Both the position numbers and the translations under genes were made by a program. From assembly GCF_028368995.1 (NCBI RefSeq), contig NZ_JAQNDL010000001.1, positions 2,272,001 to 2,336,000 on the forward strand: DNA of 64,000 nucleotides, given 5' to 3'. Source of the stretch: Nannocystis bainbridge (lineage in GTDB: Bacteria > Myxococcota_A > Polyangia > Nannocystales > Nannocystaceae). How positions within the stretch are numbered: position 1 is the first letter of the stretch; each line of letters begins with the position of its first letter. Positions 9,155 to 21,145 of the stretch are shown here, in pieces. The notes beneath the pieces are model-generated. The model saw nothing but the letters and a program-made list of their open reading frames with translations. It did not search any database and had not been told where the DNA came from.

Positions 9155-9922
9155 TCACTGGCAGAAGCCAGCCTGGCCCGGGAACGGCTGGTCGCAGGCG
9201 TTGCTCAGGCAGTCGGCGTTGCTGTTGCACGGCGCGAACGTGCCGCCGTCGCTGCAATAGCCGACCACCGCGTTGGGCTGGTCCTTGATGCACTTCCAGT
9301 CGGTCGGGCAGTTCGACGCCTCGGTGCACACACCGATCAGGCAGATCTTGTCCTTGTCGGGCAGGAGGCCGTTGTTGCACACCGCGCCCTCGGTGCCGGT
9401 CGGGCAGGTGCCGTCCTGCGAGCAGTACGGCAGCGTGTAGCAGCTCGCCTTGTCCTCCGTCTCCTGGAAGCAGACCGCGTTCGACTCGCAGCCGTCGTCG
9501 ACCGGCGAGGGCGTGCACTGGGTCGGCGGCGGCGGGGTGCTGCAGAAGCCGCTCTTGCACACCTGGCCCTCCTCGCACGGCACCTCGGGGCAGGTGGTGA
9601 CCTCCTTGTTGTGGCACAGCATGTCGGTGTCGGTCGCGCAGAACTGATCCTCCGCGCAGTCACCGTTGCTGGTGCAGCCGATCGCGCAGATGCCGTTCCA
9701 GCAGAACTGGCCGTCCGGGCACGGGTTGGACGAGCTGCACGGGCCCGGCTCACCGCCGCCGTCGGTGGGGTTACCCGAGGGGTTGCCCGTGGGGTCGCCC
9801 TGGGACGCGGCGCTGTCGGTCTCGTCCGCGGTGTCGGTGCCGTCGCCGAGCGAGGCGTTGCAGGCCGCGAGGCACAGGGCGGCGAAGATCGAGCGGAGCT
9901 TCAAGGTGGTAGTGATCGTCAT
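9155..9922 (-). CDS. Cys-rich secreted lipoprotein with small disulfide repeats
   Basis: Lipobox LAAC, Thr/Asp linker, repeated C-x4-C-x5-C modules. Confidence 0.8.
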   Translation of the reverse strand: MTITTTLKLRSIFAALCLAACNASLGDGTDTADETDSAASQGDPTGNPSGNPTDGGGEPGPCSSSNPCPDGQFCWNGICAIGCTSNGDCAEDQFCATDTDMLCHNKEVTTCPEVPCEEGQVCKSGFCSTPPPPTQCTPSPVDDGCESNAVCFQETEDKASCYTLPYCSQDGTCPTGTEGAVCNNGLLPDKDKICLIGVCTEASNCPTDWKCIKDQPNAVVGYCSDGGTFAPCNSNADCLSNACDQPFPGQAGFCQ

Positions 9923-10068
9923 TGGCGTCGTTCTCTCGTTCCGTCTATTCGTTACCGTCGCGGCGATTTTTCAGCGGCCCAGACCCGCGAGGTTCCTCAA
10001 TCGGCGGGCGGCGTGAGCCGATGAATACCGGCGCAGGCGGACTCATGTCCGCGAATTCCATCTCAGGA

Positions 10069-10114
10069 CATGGTTAAACGGACATGTACCATCATACATG
10101 TCTCACAGGACATC
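10069..10114. repeat. 14-bp-phased CATG motif array
   Basis: CATG at 10069, 10083, 10097 and CATC at 10111. Confidence 0.75.
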
Positions 10115-10124
10115 AGGGCGTTCT

Positions 10125-10880
10125 TCACGCACCGGCGCAGCTGCTCTTGACCCGCGGCGCGTGCGTCGAGTCGGGCCACTTCGCCAGCATGTCGCGAGCC
10201 ACCCGCCGCGCGTCGGCGACGCGACCGGCGGCGCACAGCGCCTCGACGTGATAGGCGATCCGCTCCTGCACCAGCTGCCCGCCCGCGAACCGCCGCGCGT
10301 GCTCGTCCACCCCGGCCAGCGCGCGGGCGCTGTCGTTGCGCTTGAGCGCGCCGCGGATCTCGGCGATGAGCTTGAGCTCGGCGGCGAAGTCCGCGGGCTC
10401 TTCCTCCACAGGCGGGGCGTCGATGCGAGGCCTGGGACGCGACTTCTTGCGCGCCTCGGTCGGCTCCTCGGGCGCAGGCTCGGGCGCTTCCACGACCGCA
10501 GGCGCGGGCGTGACGCTCGGCGTCACGACCGGCTCCGGCGCGGGTGCGAGCGGCGCAGGCGTGGCGATGTTCGGCCTGGCCTCGGGGACAGCTTCGATCG
10601 CGGCCACGGACACCACCTGCGGCGCCTCGGGCCGATCGCGCGCGCTCCACAGGCCGACCGCGGCGGCGATCAGCGCGACCCCGGCGATGACCTTCAAGAC
10701 CACGCCGCCGCCCCCGGTGGCGCCTCCGAGCGCACCGGGGTCCACGTCGGCGCCGCCGGGCGGAGCTGGCCCATGGGCCAGGCGATGCTCGACGGCGGCC
10801 CAGATCCGGTCCTCCGCGCCCGCCTCGGGCACGGCCTCGCGCTCGCCGCGGAGCAGGTCTTCGAGCCGGTCGGACTGCAT
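10125..10880 (-). CDS. Putative membrane-anchored anti-sigma factor with C-terminal TPR-like helices
   Basis: Start MQSDRLED overlaps the sigma stop (TGATG). One TM helix, Pro-rich linker, C-terminal E...AL...H..RF..G.L..ER...WPDS pattern. Confidence 0.7.
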   Translation of the reverse strand: MQSDRLEDLLRGEREAVPEAGAEDRIWAAVEHRLAHGPAPPGGADVDPGALGGATGGGGVVLKVIAGVALIAAAVGLWSARDRPEAPQVVSVAAIEAVPEARPNIATPAPLAPAPEPVVTPSVTPAPAVVEAPEPAPEEPTEARKKSRPRPRIDAPPVEEEPADFAAELKLIAEIRGALKRNDSARALAGVDEHARRFAGGQLVQERIAYHVEALCAAGRVADARRVARDMLAKWPDSTHAPRVKSSCAGA

Positions 10881-11464
10881 CAGCGCACCTCCTTGGCCGC
10901 CGCCACAAACAACGCACGCTCGAGCTGCTGCCGAGCCGCGCGCAGCCGCGAGTACACGGTGTTGACGTTGAGCCCGAGCCCGACGGCGATCTCCTGCGCC
11001 GTCATGCCCTCGAGCTCGGCCAGCACGAACACCGCCCGCCGCTCGTCGTCGAGCTGGTCGAGCAATTTTAATAATGTGTCGGTCGCGTCCTTGCGCGCGT
11101 AAGGGTCGGAGCCGCCGCCCTCGGCGTGAGCCTCGGCGAACGCCTCGACCCGCCGCAGGTGCCGCGAGGCGCTGCGCCGATGGACCTGGACCACGCGCAT
11201 GGTGATGGCGAACAGCCAGGTCCGCATCGAGGCCTCGCCGCGGAACTCGGCCAGCCGGCGAGCGACGATCAGGAACACGTCCTGGACGACGTCGTCGAGC
11301 GCGGGCGCGGGCGCGCCGAGCCGCCGGGCGCTGCGCCACACGAACTGGAAGTGCTCGCGATAGGCCGCCACCAGCGCGGGGCTGGGCGGGGCGGCGGCTT
11401 GAGCGGCGGCGGTCATCGGATCGGGGGTTTGTGACCGGCTCCGCGATTTATCATCACGGGTCAT
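10880..11464 (-). CDS. ECF RNA polymerase sigma-70 factor
   Basis: Region 2 FVWRSARRLG..DDVVQDVF..TWLFAI; region 4 AVFVLAELEGMTAQEIA..NTVYSRL. Start 11464 overlaps the upstream stop; alternative start 11416. Confidence 0.9.
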   Translation of the reverse strand: MTRDDKSRSRSQTPDPMTAAAQAAAPPSPALVAAYREHFQFVWRSARRLGAPAPALDDVVQDVFLIVARRLAEFRGEASMRTWLFAITMRVVQVHRRSASRHLRRVEAFAEAHAEGGGSDPYARKDATDTLLKLLDQLDDERRAVFVLAELEGMTAQEIAVGLGLNVNTVYSRLRAARQQLERALFVAAAKEVR

Positions 11465-12516
11465 CACGGAAATCGGACTTCGACCGCGAGCAGGGCGCGA
11501 AAGCTCGCCAGGGCGCCACGGTAAATCTCCCCCAGATTCGCCACGACGAACCGGGGCCTCACGACGTGGACGGCGCCCTCGACGATCGCGCCGACGGCGA
11601 CGCGCGGGTGGGCCGCGTAGAACACGCCCGGGGCCAGATGGAGGGCCACGAACAGCTGGCGCGCCTCGCTGGTGATCGTGTAGCCGACCCCGCGGCCATA
11701 CATGGCGCCGAGCTCGAGGCCGGCGCACAGCGGGAACTCGAACTTGCGCGCGTGCAGCAGCGGACACCCACGCACCGCGCCGACCGCGAGCTGGAGGTCG
11801 GCCCCGCGATCGGGGATGTCGTCGAAGCGGGCCCGTCGCAGCGGCCCGTAGCCGACCTCGAACTCGAGCCGCGCGCGCGGCCAGATCAGCGCCGGCGTGA
11901 GCCGCAAGAGCGCGCCGACGCCCGGTAAGTCGCCGAAGCTCAGGCCGGCGCCGAGCCGCACGCCGCCGCGCACGCGCCTCTCCTTCTTCTGCTTCACCTC
12001 GGGCCGCGGCTGCGGCTCGGGCCGCGGCGGCTCCGGCTGCACCACCGGCTCCGGCGGCGGCTCGGGTTCGAGCGGTGGTTCGAATTCCTCGACCGTTTTG
12101 GCCTCGGCCGCGACCTCGGCGGCGTCTGTCTCTTCGGACATGCGATCGAGGACCGACGGATCGATCGCCATCGCCGCGATCAGGGCCCCGGCGCGCGCGA
12201 GCGCGTCGCACTGCGCATGCGTCAACGAGCGCTGCAGGGTGCCCTCGTCGCTGACCGTCCACAGCCGCAGGTCGAACTCGCCGCCGGGATCCTGGCGGAC
12301 GCGGGCGATCGCCGTCAGCCGCGGGCCCTTGCGCTCCGTCAGCGGCCCGCCGAGCAGGCGCTCGAGCTCGGCGACGACCTCGGCCTCGGCGGGGCAGGTC
12401 GTGGGCGCGTCCCAGCGGAACTCGACGACCGGTCGCGGGCTCGCGGGCGCCGCTGCGGCCGGGCCCATCGCTCCCGCGAGCAGCAGCGCCACCAGCCCGC
12501 CGTGAAGCATCGCCAC
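11464..12516 (-). CDS. Secreted protein with probable C-terminal outer-membrane beta-barrel
   Basis: Signal peptide, N-terminal WDAPTTCP domain, Pro/Glu linker, amphipathic beta-strands ending EVRFP. Confidence 0.7.
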   Translation of the reverse strand: MAMLHGGLVALLLAGAMGPAAAAPASPRPVVEFRWDAPTTCPAEAEVVAELERLLGGPLTERKGPRLTAIARVRQDPGGEFDLRLWTVSDEGTLQRSLTHAQCDALARAGALIAAMAIDPSVLDRMSEETDAAEVAAEAKTVEEFEPPLEPEPPPEPVVQPEPPRPEPQPRPEVKQKKERRVRGGVRLGAGLSFGDLPGVGALLRLTPALIWPRARLEFEVGYGPLRRARFDDIPDRGADLQLAVGAVRGCPLLHARKFEFPLCAGLELGAMYGRGVGYTITSEARQLFVALHLAPGVFYAAHPRVAVGAIVEGAVHVVRPRFVVANLGEIYRGALASFRALLAVEVRFP

Positions 12517-12581
12517 GCGGCGGAGGATGGTCCGCCGCCGCCGCGATTACAACGGCGAAACGCGGCGCGCACGCGCGCGCC

Positions 12582-13397
12582 CTAGGACATCCCGCGACGG
12601 CGCATGAACGCCGCCTTGTTCTTGGCCCCGCGCCGCTCGAGGGCCGGTCGCAGCCACGCGCGCAGGCGCGGCGAAAGGTAGCCGAGCGTCGCCAGCTTGC
12701 CCGACGCGAACGGCAGATCGATCTCCGTCGGGCTGCGCGGATCCTGGATGCACGCCAGCACCGCCGCTGCGCACTGCTCGGGGCTGCTCATCGGCTGCGA
12801 GAAGGTAAGGTCGCTGACGCCGTGGATGTCGGCGTCGAAGAAGCCGCTGTCGACCGGCCCGGGGTTGACGTTGGCGATCCGGATGTCGCGCCGCGCCAGG
12901 TCCTCGGCGGCTGCGAGGGCCCAGAAGCGCAGGCCGGCCTTGGTCCCCGAGTACACCGCCGAGCCGGGCACGCCGAGCTTGCCGGCCAGGCTGGCGACGT
13001 TGACGACGCAGCCGCCGGCGCGCATGTGGTCGGCGGCGATCCGCGTCAGCACCACCGGCGCCGTCAGGTTGACCGCGACCATGTCGGCCAGCGCCTCCGG
13101 CGGGTGTTGCAGCATGTCGCCGCGGTGATGCAGGCCGGCGTTGTTGACCAGCACGTCGAGGCCGCCGAAGCGCGCGACCACCTGGTCGATGAGCCATGGC
13201 AATCGGGACAGGTCGCCGACGTCGCACGCGATCGCCACGGCGCCCTCGCCCAGCTCGGCGGCCGCGGCCTCGAGCTTGTCGGCCGTGCGCGCGACCATCA
13301 CGACGCGCATGCCCGACCTGTGCAGCAACTTGGCCGTCGCCAGGCCGATGCCCGACGACGCCCCGGTGACGAGCGCGACCCTGTCCTTGAGCTCCAC
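12582..13397 (-). CDS. SDR family oxidoreductase
   Basis: TGASSGIG, NNAG, YSGTK motifs. Confidence 0.92.
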   Translation of the reverse strand: MELKDRVALVTGASSGIGLATAKLLHRSGMRVVMVARTADKLEAAAAELGEGAVAIACDVGDLSRLPWLIDQVVARFGGLDVLVNNAGLHHRGDMLQHPPEALADMVAVNLTAPVVLTRIAADHMRAGGCVVNVASLAGKLGVPGSAVYSGTKAGLRFWALAAAEDLARRDIRIANVNPGPVDSGFFDADIHGVSDLTFSQPMSSPEQCAAAVLACIQDPRSPTEIDLPFASGKLATLGYLSPRLRAWLRPALERRGAKNKAAFMRRRGMS

Positions 13398-13533
13398 GCG
13401 GCGACGCTAGCAAAACCCCGCCCAAAAAGGACGGACCTCGCCGACGTCGATGCGCACGGCGGTGACTTCCAACGAAGAGCCCGCTCCACGAACGAGCCGA
13501 CACAGCGGGACCGCGACGCCGCGACGACCGACC

Positions 13534-13571
13534 AAAAAGGCCGAGCCCCGACCCTGGTGGATCGGGGCTCG
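13534..13571 (-). terminator. Rho-independent terminator of groESL
   Basis: Stem CGAGCCCCGA (13542-13551) / TCGGGGCTCG (13562-13571), followed on the minus strand by TTTTT (13534-13538). Confidence 0.75.
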
Positions 13572-13604
13572 TACGCGCGCGCAGTCAGCGAGCGCGGGCC
13601 GGGC

Positions 13605-15600
<1,996 letters not shown>

Positions 15601-15726
15601 CTGCGGTCTCTCCTGATTTCCGAATGCAGGCCCCGTGGGGGGAAAGATGCTGTTCGTGGTTGCGAGCGTTCCCGCGCGACTCCGCTTAACTCTGCGGAAT
15701 CGCCGTGAAAATTTGCGGGGGCTCCG

Positions 15727-15754
15727 TTAGCAATCACCCATGTAGGAGTGCTAA
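15727..15754 (-). promoter_or_regulatory. CIRCE-like (HrcA) operator upstream of groES
   Basis: Minus strand TTAGCACTC-CTACATGGGT-GATTGCTAA versus consensus TTAGCACTC-N9-GAGTGCTAA: one mismatch and a 10-nt spacer. Confidence 0.8.
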
Positions 15755-15898
15755 CGCGGCGCGGAGTGTAAAGCGAGTCGGTACCCGGTCAACCCCTCCG
15801 CGCGGGACGTTCAACGGTCAGAACTCGTGCGGTTAACTCACATAATTCGCTTGCCTGGCCGGTCGTCTCTGGTAGCGTGGGAAAATAGGAAACCTCCC

Positions 15899-16450
15899 AT
15901 GCCCGAGCCAGAACTTCGTTTTGCAGGAACCCTCGAGTCCTTCTTCTACGACCGCGTGGCCCAGGGAAAGACCGGCAGCTCGTTGCCCACCGAGGTGGGG
16001 GCGTACGTGGTCCACATGCTCGCCGACCACGTGCGGCGGACCAGCGTCGCCGGTCGCACCGCCGGGCCGCTCGCGCTGCAGTACCTGGCCGCCCGCGAGC
16101 AACAGGGGGCGCGCCGGACCCAGGCGCTGCGGGCTGTCGGCGACCGGGCCCTCTTCATCGCCGGGGTCGTCCCGCACAGCATCGACCGCACCCCCGTCGA
16201 CCTGCGCTATGTGCGCTCGCTCGGCGCCAGCGCCTACCGCCAGATCGGCGAACCGGCCGTGTTTCGCACCCTCGCCGTCAGCTTCGAGGCTGCGGCCGAG
16301 GCGATCTCGGAGGCCACCGACAGTTGTCCGGACGGCGACCTGCTCGGCCTCTACGAGCGCTGGCAGAAGTACGGCGATCGCCGTGACGAACAGCGCCTGG
16401 GCGCCGCCGGCGTCGTCCTGGTGCGGGGCCGGCGCGACGTGATCCAGTGA
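15899..16450 (+). CDS. Conserved hypothetical protein
   Basis: ATG 15899 preceded by AGGA; AYVVHML, LRAVGDRALFIAG, YVRSLGASAY, LYERW pattern. Confidence 0.7.
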   Translation: MPEPELRFAGTLESFFYDRVAQGKTGSSLPTEVGAYVVHMLADHVRRTSVAGRTAGPLALQYLAAREQQGARRTQALRAVGDRALFIAGVVPHSIDRTPVDLRYVRSLGASAYRQIGEPAVFRTLAVSFEAAAEAISEATDSCPDGDLLGLYERWQKYGDRRDEQRLGAAGVVLVRGRRDVIQ

Positions 16451-16512
16451 GTCGGTGACTGACTCGGCGAACCCGGGTTCGCCGACCGCGGCCACCGGGA
16501 CCCGCGACGTGG

Positions 16513-17349
16513 TCAGGGCCGCAGCACGGTGTTGTCGATCAGGCGCACCCCGCCGAAGAACGCCGCCACGGCGCACAGGGCCGGTCGCTCGACCCCGGTC
16601 ACCGGTTGCAAGTCCGCGGCGTCGACCAGCGACGCGTAGTCGACCCGGCCCGGCGCCAGGGCAGCGCCCGGATCGCCGAGCAGCGCCGCGGCCTCGCGCT
16701 CGCCCGCGGCGAAGCGCGAGCGGACCTCGGCCAGCCAGCGCGCGATGGCCAGCGCCTGCGCGCGTGCCTCCGGCGACAGGTTGGTGTTGCGGCTCGACAT
16801 CGCCAGACCGTCGGCCTCGCGCACGATCGGCATGCCCACCACCTCGCCGCCGAGGAACAGGTCCGCGTGCATGCGGCGGAGGATCGCCAGCTGCTGGAAG
16901 TCTTTCTCGCCGAACAGCGCCGCGTCCGGGCGGACCAGCCCCCACAGCTTGGCCACCACCGTACAGACCCCGCGGAAGTGGCCCGGGCGCGACGCGCCGC
17001 ACAGGTGCTGGTCGAGGCCCTGCACCTCCACCCACGTGTTCGTCCCGTGCGGATACAGCTCGCGCGGGTCGGTCGGGCAGAACGCGACGTCGACCCCGCA
17101 CTCGCGCGCCTTGGCCAGATCGCCGGCCTCGTCGCGGGGGTAGCGGGCGAGGTCTTCGCTCGGGCCGAACTGGGTCGGGTTGACGAAGATCGAGAGCACC
17201 AGGCGATCGCCGCGCTGCCTGGCCGCGCGCAGCAACGACAGGTGGCCGTCGTGGAGATAGCCCATCGTCGGCACGAACGCGACGCGCGTCGCGGGGCCGA
17301 GCGAGGCTCGCCACGCCTGCATCTCCGAACATGTCCGAACGACCAGCAT
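16513..17349 (-). CDS. panC: Pantoate-beta-alanine ligase
   Basis: FVPTMGYLHDGH, SIFVNPTQF, FGEKDFQQ, GLAMSSRN, RLIDN. Confidence 0.97.
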   Translation of the reverse strand: MLVVRTCSEMQAWRASLGPATRVAFVPTMGYLHDGHLSLLRAARQRGDRLVLSIFVNPTQFGPSEDLARYPRDEAGDLAKARECGVDVAFCPTDPRELYPHGTNTWVEVQGLDQHLCGASRPGHFRGVCTVVAKLWGLVRPDAALFGEKDFQQLAILRRMHADLFLGGEVVGMPIVREADGLAMSSRNTNLSPEARAQALAIARWLAEVRSRFAAGEREAAALLGDPGAALAPGRVDYASLVDAADLQPVTGVERPALCAVAAFFGGVRLIDNTVLRP

Positions 17350-17352
17350 GCT

Positions 17353-18240
17353 CTACTCCGTCGCCGAGGGCGGCCCACCCGGGCTCGTGGGCCCGGCGGA
17401 GAAGCTGTGCTCGTCGCCCGGGAAGCTGCCCTCGCGGACCTCGCGGCCGTAGGTGGCGAACGCGTCGCGCACCACGCCTGCGAGCTCCGCGAAGCGCTTG
17501 ACGAAGCGCGGCTTGAAGCGGTCGTCGAGCCCGAGCAGGTCCTGCATCACCAGCACCTGGCCATCGCAGCCGACCCCTGCCCCGATCCCGATCGTCGGGA
17601 TCGCCAGCGATTGCGAGATCTGCCGCGCCAGCGCCGCCGGGATGCCTTCGAGCACCACGGCATAAGCGCCGGCCTCTTGCAGTTGCAGCGCGTCCTGTCG
17701 CAGGCGCTCCGCCGCCGCGTCCTCGCGACCCTGCACGCGGAAGCCCCCGAACTCGTGGACGCTCTGAGGCGTGAGGCCGAGGTGACCCATCACGGGGATA
17801 CCCGCCTGCACGATCTTGCGCACCGCATCCGCCCGGCCGCCGCCCTCGAGCTTGACCGCCTCGGCGCCACCTTCTTGCACGAGCCGACCCGCGGACAGGA
17901 GCGCTTGCTCGGCGCTCACCTGGTAGCTCATGAACGGCAGGTCGACGACCAGATGCGCTCGCTGGACCGCACGGCGGACGCAGCGGGCGTGGTAGCACAT
18001 GTGCTCGAGAGTGACCTCGAGCGTGTGCGGATGGCCTTGCATCACCATGCCCAGGCTGTCCCCGACCAGCACCACATCCGCGCCTGACTCGTCGACGAGG
18101 CGAGCGAAGGTCGCGTCGTAGGCCGTGATCATGACGATGCGCTGGCCTTGGCGCTTGTATTGATGGAGCACCGGCGCGGTCACGCGGCGCGTCGTCGCGG
18201 GGATCTCCCCGGTTGCTGCGGGCTTGGCTCCGAGGGTCAT
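17353..18240 (-). CDS. panB: 3-methyl-2-oxobutanoate hydroxymethyltransferase
   Basis: [38 protein letters not shown]. Confidence 0.97.
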   Translation of the reverse strand: MTLGAKPAATGEIPATTRRVTAPVLHQYKRQGQRIVMITAYDATFARLVDESGADVVLVGDSLGMVMQGHPHTLEVTLEHMCYHARCVRRAVQRAHLVVDLPFMSYQVSAEQALLSAGRLVQEGGAEAVKLEGGGRADAVRKIVQAGIPVMGHLGLTPQSVHEFGGFRVQGREDAAAERLRQDALQLQEAGAYAVVLEGIPAALARQISQSLAIPTIGIGAGVGCDGQVLVMQDLLGLDDRFKPRFVKRFAELAGVVRDAFATYGREVREGSFPGDEHSFSAGPTSPGGPPSATE

Positions 18241-18532
18241 ATGTGCTCGCGCGAAGCATATCGCAGAGCAGCGAGGTCGCGGTCCATGAAGAATTTGCTC
18301 GCCGTGCTCCGGCGTCGGCTCGCGCCTCGGCGCATGACATGTGTGCGGGGCGATGCACGCCTCGCCTCATGAGCTGGACACCTCGTGTCCGCGCGGCTGT
18401 GACGATGAATTCGCGGTCGACGAGCTCGCGATTCGCGGTGCGCTGTTTCGCGGGACAGCGGTGACAAAAATCACCCAAGTGTGAAGTTCCCGCCGTGTCT
18501 TCGCGGAGATTTATTTTCTTCGCTGGGAAAAG

Positions 18533-19597
18533 ATGACTTTGATGGGAAGGGCTGATCGACGTTCTTCTCGCACGAATGTGCGGGCGACATCGCTGCTTCG
18601 CGGCACCTGGCCTCTCGGGCAGGTCCTCTGTGCCATGTCCTTGTGGGCTTGTGGGGCCGACGACGGCGGCACCGGGGACAGCGAAGCGACCACGGTGGCC
18701 GAGACCACCGACGACGGCACCGGCGGCACCGACAGCACCGGCGGCACCGACACGCCGACCACCGGCACCACCGGAGCGACCGACACCTCGGGCACCACCG
18801 GCGTCGACGTCGGCCGCGCCAAGGGTCTGCTCAACTTCACCTTCTATCCCGAGACCGCGGGCGGCCTCCCGGCCGAGCTGGGCATGGCAGGCGCCTGGCG
18901 CACCGAGCCGCTCACCACCGACGACTTCTTCGCCGTCCAGGCCTGGGGCATGCACCTCCCGCCGGCGCCGGACGAGCCCAACACCATCGCCAACAACGCG
19001 ATCCCCGCGCCCTACGAATGGGGCAAGGACGAGACGTGGGTCGTCGGCGGCAACGCGCTCAAGCTGCGCGGCGCCGCCGGTGAGTCGCTGGCCTGCCTCA
19101 TGATGGTGCAGGACACCTTCCCGGTCTACTTCAGCGACGACGCCGAGTTCTTCGACCCGCTGTGCGCCCCCGACCCCGCGCGCTGGGTCGCTGGCGACGT
19201 CTACGACGTGATCGCCTTCGGCGGCGACGGCAAGGACGACATCGTCCTGCCCGCGGCCGTCACGGCTCCGACCGCGCTGACCGTCACCGCGCCCGACGTC
19301 GGCGTCTCGCTGTTCGACCACGACCGCGCCACCGACCTGAAGCTCACCTGGGACGCCAACGGCGGCCAGCCGAACCGGATCGTCGTCCGCCTCATCGACA
19401 CCTACGGCCAGATGCTCACCGCTCACGCCGTCGACGACGGCAGCTTCACCATCCCGAGCGCCGAGCTGCTCCAGCTCGCCCCCGGCCCCGCCACCCTCAC
19501 CATCGCCCGCGAGCAGAGTTTCGACCTCGGCCTCCCGGACGGCGACCTGCGGGTCGTCCTCCGCTACGAAGTCTGGGCCGACCCCGATCTGATTTAA
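18533..19597 (+). CDS. Hypothetical lipoprotein with Thr/Gly/Asp linker and Ig-like C-terminus
   Basis: Lipobox LWAC, low-complexity linker, DDGSFTIP motif. True start may be downstream of 18533. Confidence 0.75.
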   Translation: MTLMGRADRRSSRTNVRATSLLRGTWPLGQVLCAMSLWACGADDGGTGDSEATTVAETTDDGTGGTDSTGGTDTPTTGTTGATDTSGTTGVDVGRAKGLLNFTFYPETAGGLPAELGMAGAWRTEPLTTDDFFAVQAWGMHLPPAPDEPNTIANNAIPAPYEWGKDETWVVGGNALKLRGAAGESLACLMMVQDTFPVYFSDDAEFFDPLCAPDPARWVAGDVYDVIAFGGDGKDDIVLPAAVTAPTALTVTAPDVGVSLFDHDRATDLKLTWDANGGQPNRIVVRLIDTYGQMLTAHAVDDGSFTIPSAELLQLAPGPATLTIAREQSFDLGLPDGDLRVVLRYEVWADPDLI

Positions 19598-19618
19598 AGG
19601 ACCCCCACGAGACGGACC

Positions 19619-21127
19619 ATGCAGCGCAGAACCTTCATGAAGTCCCTCGGCGTCGCCACGGCGGCCGGCGCCTCCTTCGGCATTCTTCGTCATCCACGGC
19701 GCGCGGAGGCGTACTGGGGCGAGTGGCCGGCCGACAAGCTCGACGCCATGATCCCCGTCGAGCGTCAGGCCAAGAACGTGCTCGAGCTCTACCTCTACGG
19801 GGGTATGAGCGCGTTCGACACCTTCTACGCGGTGCCTGACTGGGGGAAGAACGACGAGCGGTTCCTCCACGCGTTCTACAACCAGACCCAGACGCGCTTC
19901 GGCCAGTGCGGCTTCGGCAACGAGCTGACCGAGGCGTTCGCCGAGGACGCCAAGGGCACTCTGGTCCACCTCGGCCCGTGGGTCTCGCCGCTGCGGGCCC
20001 GGCCCGACATCGTCGCGCGCATGCGGGTGCTCGTGCAGCGCCACGACCTCCTGCCGCACGAGGGCGCCAACCCCTACGCGCTGACCGGCAGCCGCCTCGG
20101 CTCGCCGCGCCTCGCCGGCGTCGGTGCGTCGATCCAGCGCCACTTCCTCGAGCAGCCCGGCGGCCTGCGCCCGACCCCGTACGCCTACGTCCTCTACCCC
20201 GGCGTCGAGTTCCCGACCGACAACGTGCTCGCCGCCTCCGCCATCGGCCTCCACCCCGGCTCCGCGCGCCCGCTCAGCGTCACCGTCGATCCCAACTCGT
20301 CGCTGTCGCAGCTGCTCGCCCGCCCCAGCGTCGGTGAGGGTCGTGACGACTACGACGCCGCCGTCGACCACTACCTCGCCGCCTACCAGCAGCGCTTCCG
20401 GCCCGGTGGCAAGGGCCAGCTGACCCGCTCGGCCGAGCGCAGCAACTTCGAGTTCGCCCACTTCGCCCGCCGCGGCGCCGGCGAGCTGTCGAGCGTGCTC
20501 TCGGCCGACCTGTTCGAGGACGTCGCCGGCACCCAGTGCAACGACATGTCCGGCAACGACAAGCCGCGCATGCAGGCCCGCATGGCCGCCAGCCTGCTGA
20601 CCCGCGCCCAGGATCAGGCCCGCTACGTCCACTGGATCGACGGCGGCCTCAAGCCCAACCCCTCGGCCGGCCACGACACCCACGACAGCCACGTCGAGGA
20701 CTCCTCGCGCAACGTCTCGCACACCCTGCAGTGCCTGGCCGACATCATCAACGCGCCGAACGAGAACGACCCCGGCAAGATCAACCTCGACGAGACGATG
20801 ATCGTCATCAACACCGAGTTCGGCCGCACGCCGCACCGGCAGGGCCAGTCGGGCCTCAACCACTGGCCGCAGGGCATGGTCAACGTCGTCATCGGCGGCC
20901 CCATCACCGAGGCCGAACGCGGCATCTACGGCGCCATCACCGAGGCCGACGGCTTCGCCGACACTTACATCAGCCCGGCCGAGAACCGCATGCTCGTGAT
21001 GATGGCCCTCGGCATCTACCCGTTCAGCTCGCAGACCTTCGCCGTCGGCGACGTGGCCGGCGGCGTCAAGAACCAGGCCGAGGCAGCCCAGCGGCTGCGC
21101 GACGTCTACATGGGGCTCAAGCTCTGA
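19619..21127 (+). CDS. Tat-exported DUF1501-family protein
   Basis: Twin-arginine MQRRTFMK; LYGGMSAFDTF, HDTH, NTEFGRTP, NHWP, VVIGG. Confidence 0.85.
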   Translation: MQRRTFMKSLGVATAAGASFGILRHPRRAEAYWGEWPADKLDAMIPVERQAKNVLELYLYGGMSAFDTFYAVPDWGKNDERFLHAFYNQTQTRFGQCGFGNELTEAFAEDAKGTLVHLGPWVSPLRARPDIVARMRVLVQRHDLLPHEGANPYALTGSRLGSPRLAGVGASIQRHFLEQPGGLRPTPYAYVLYPGVEFPTDNVLAASAIGLHPGSARPLSVTVDPNSSLSQLLARPSVGEGRDDYDAAVDHYLAAYQQRFRPGGKGQLTRSAERSNFEFAHFARRGAGELSSVLSADLFEDVAGTQCNDMSGNDKPRMQARMAASLLTRAQDQARYVHWIDGGLKPNPSAGHDTHDSHVEDSSRNVSHTLQCLADIINAPNENDPGKINLDETMIVINTEFGRTPHRQGQSGLNHWPQGMVNVVIGGPITEAERGIYGAITEADGFADTYISPAENRMLVMMALGIYPFSSQTFAVGDVAGGVKNQAEAAQRLRDVYMGLKL

Positions 21128-21145
21128 ACGAGAGGAGGCGCGACC

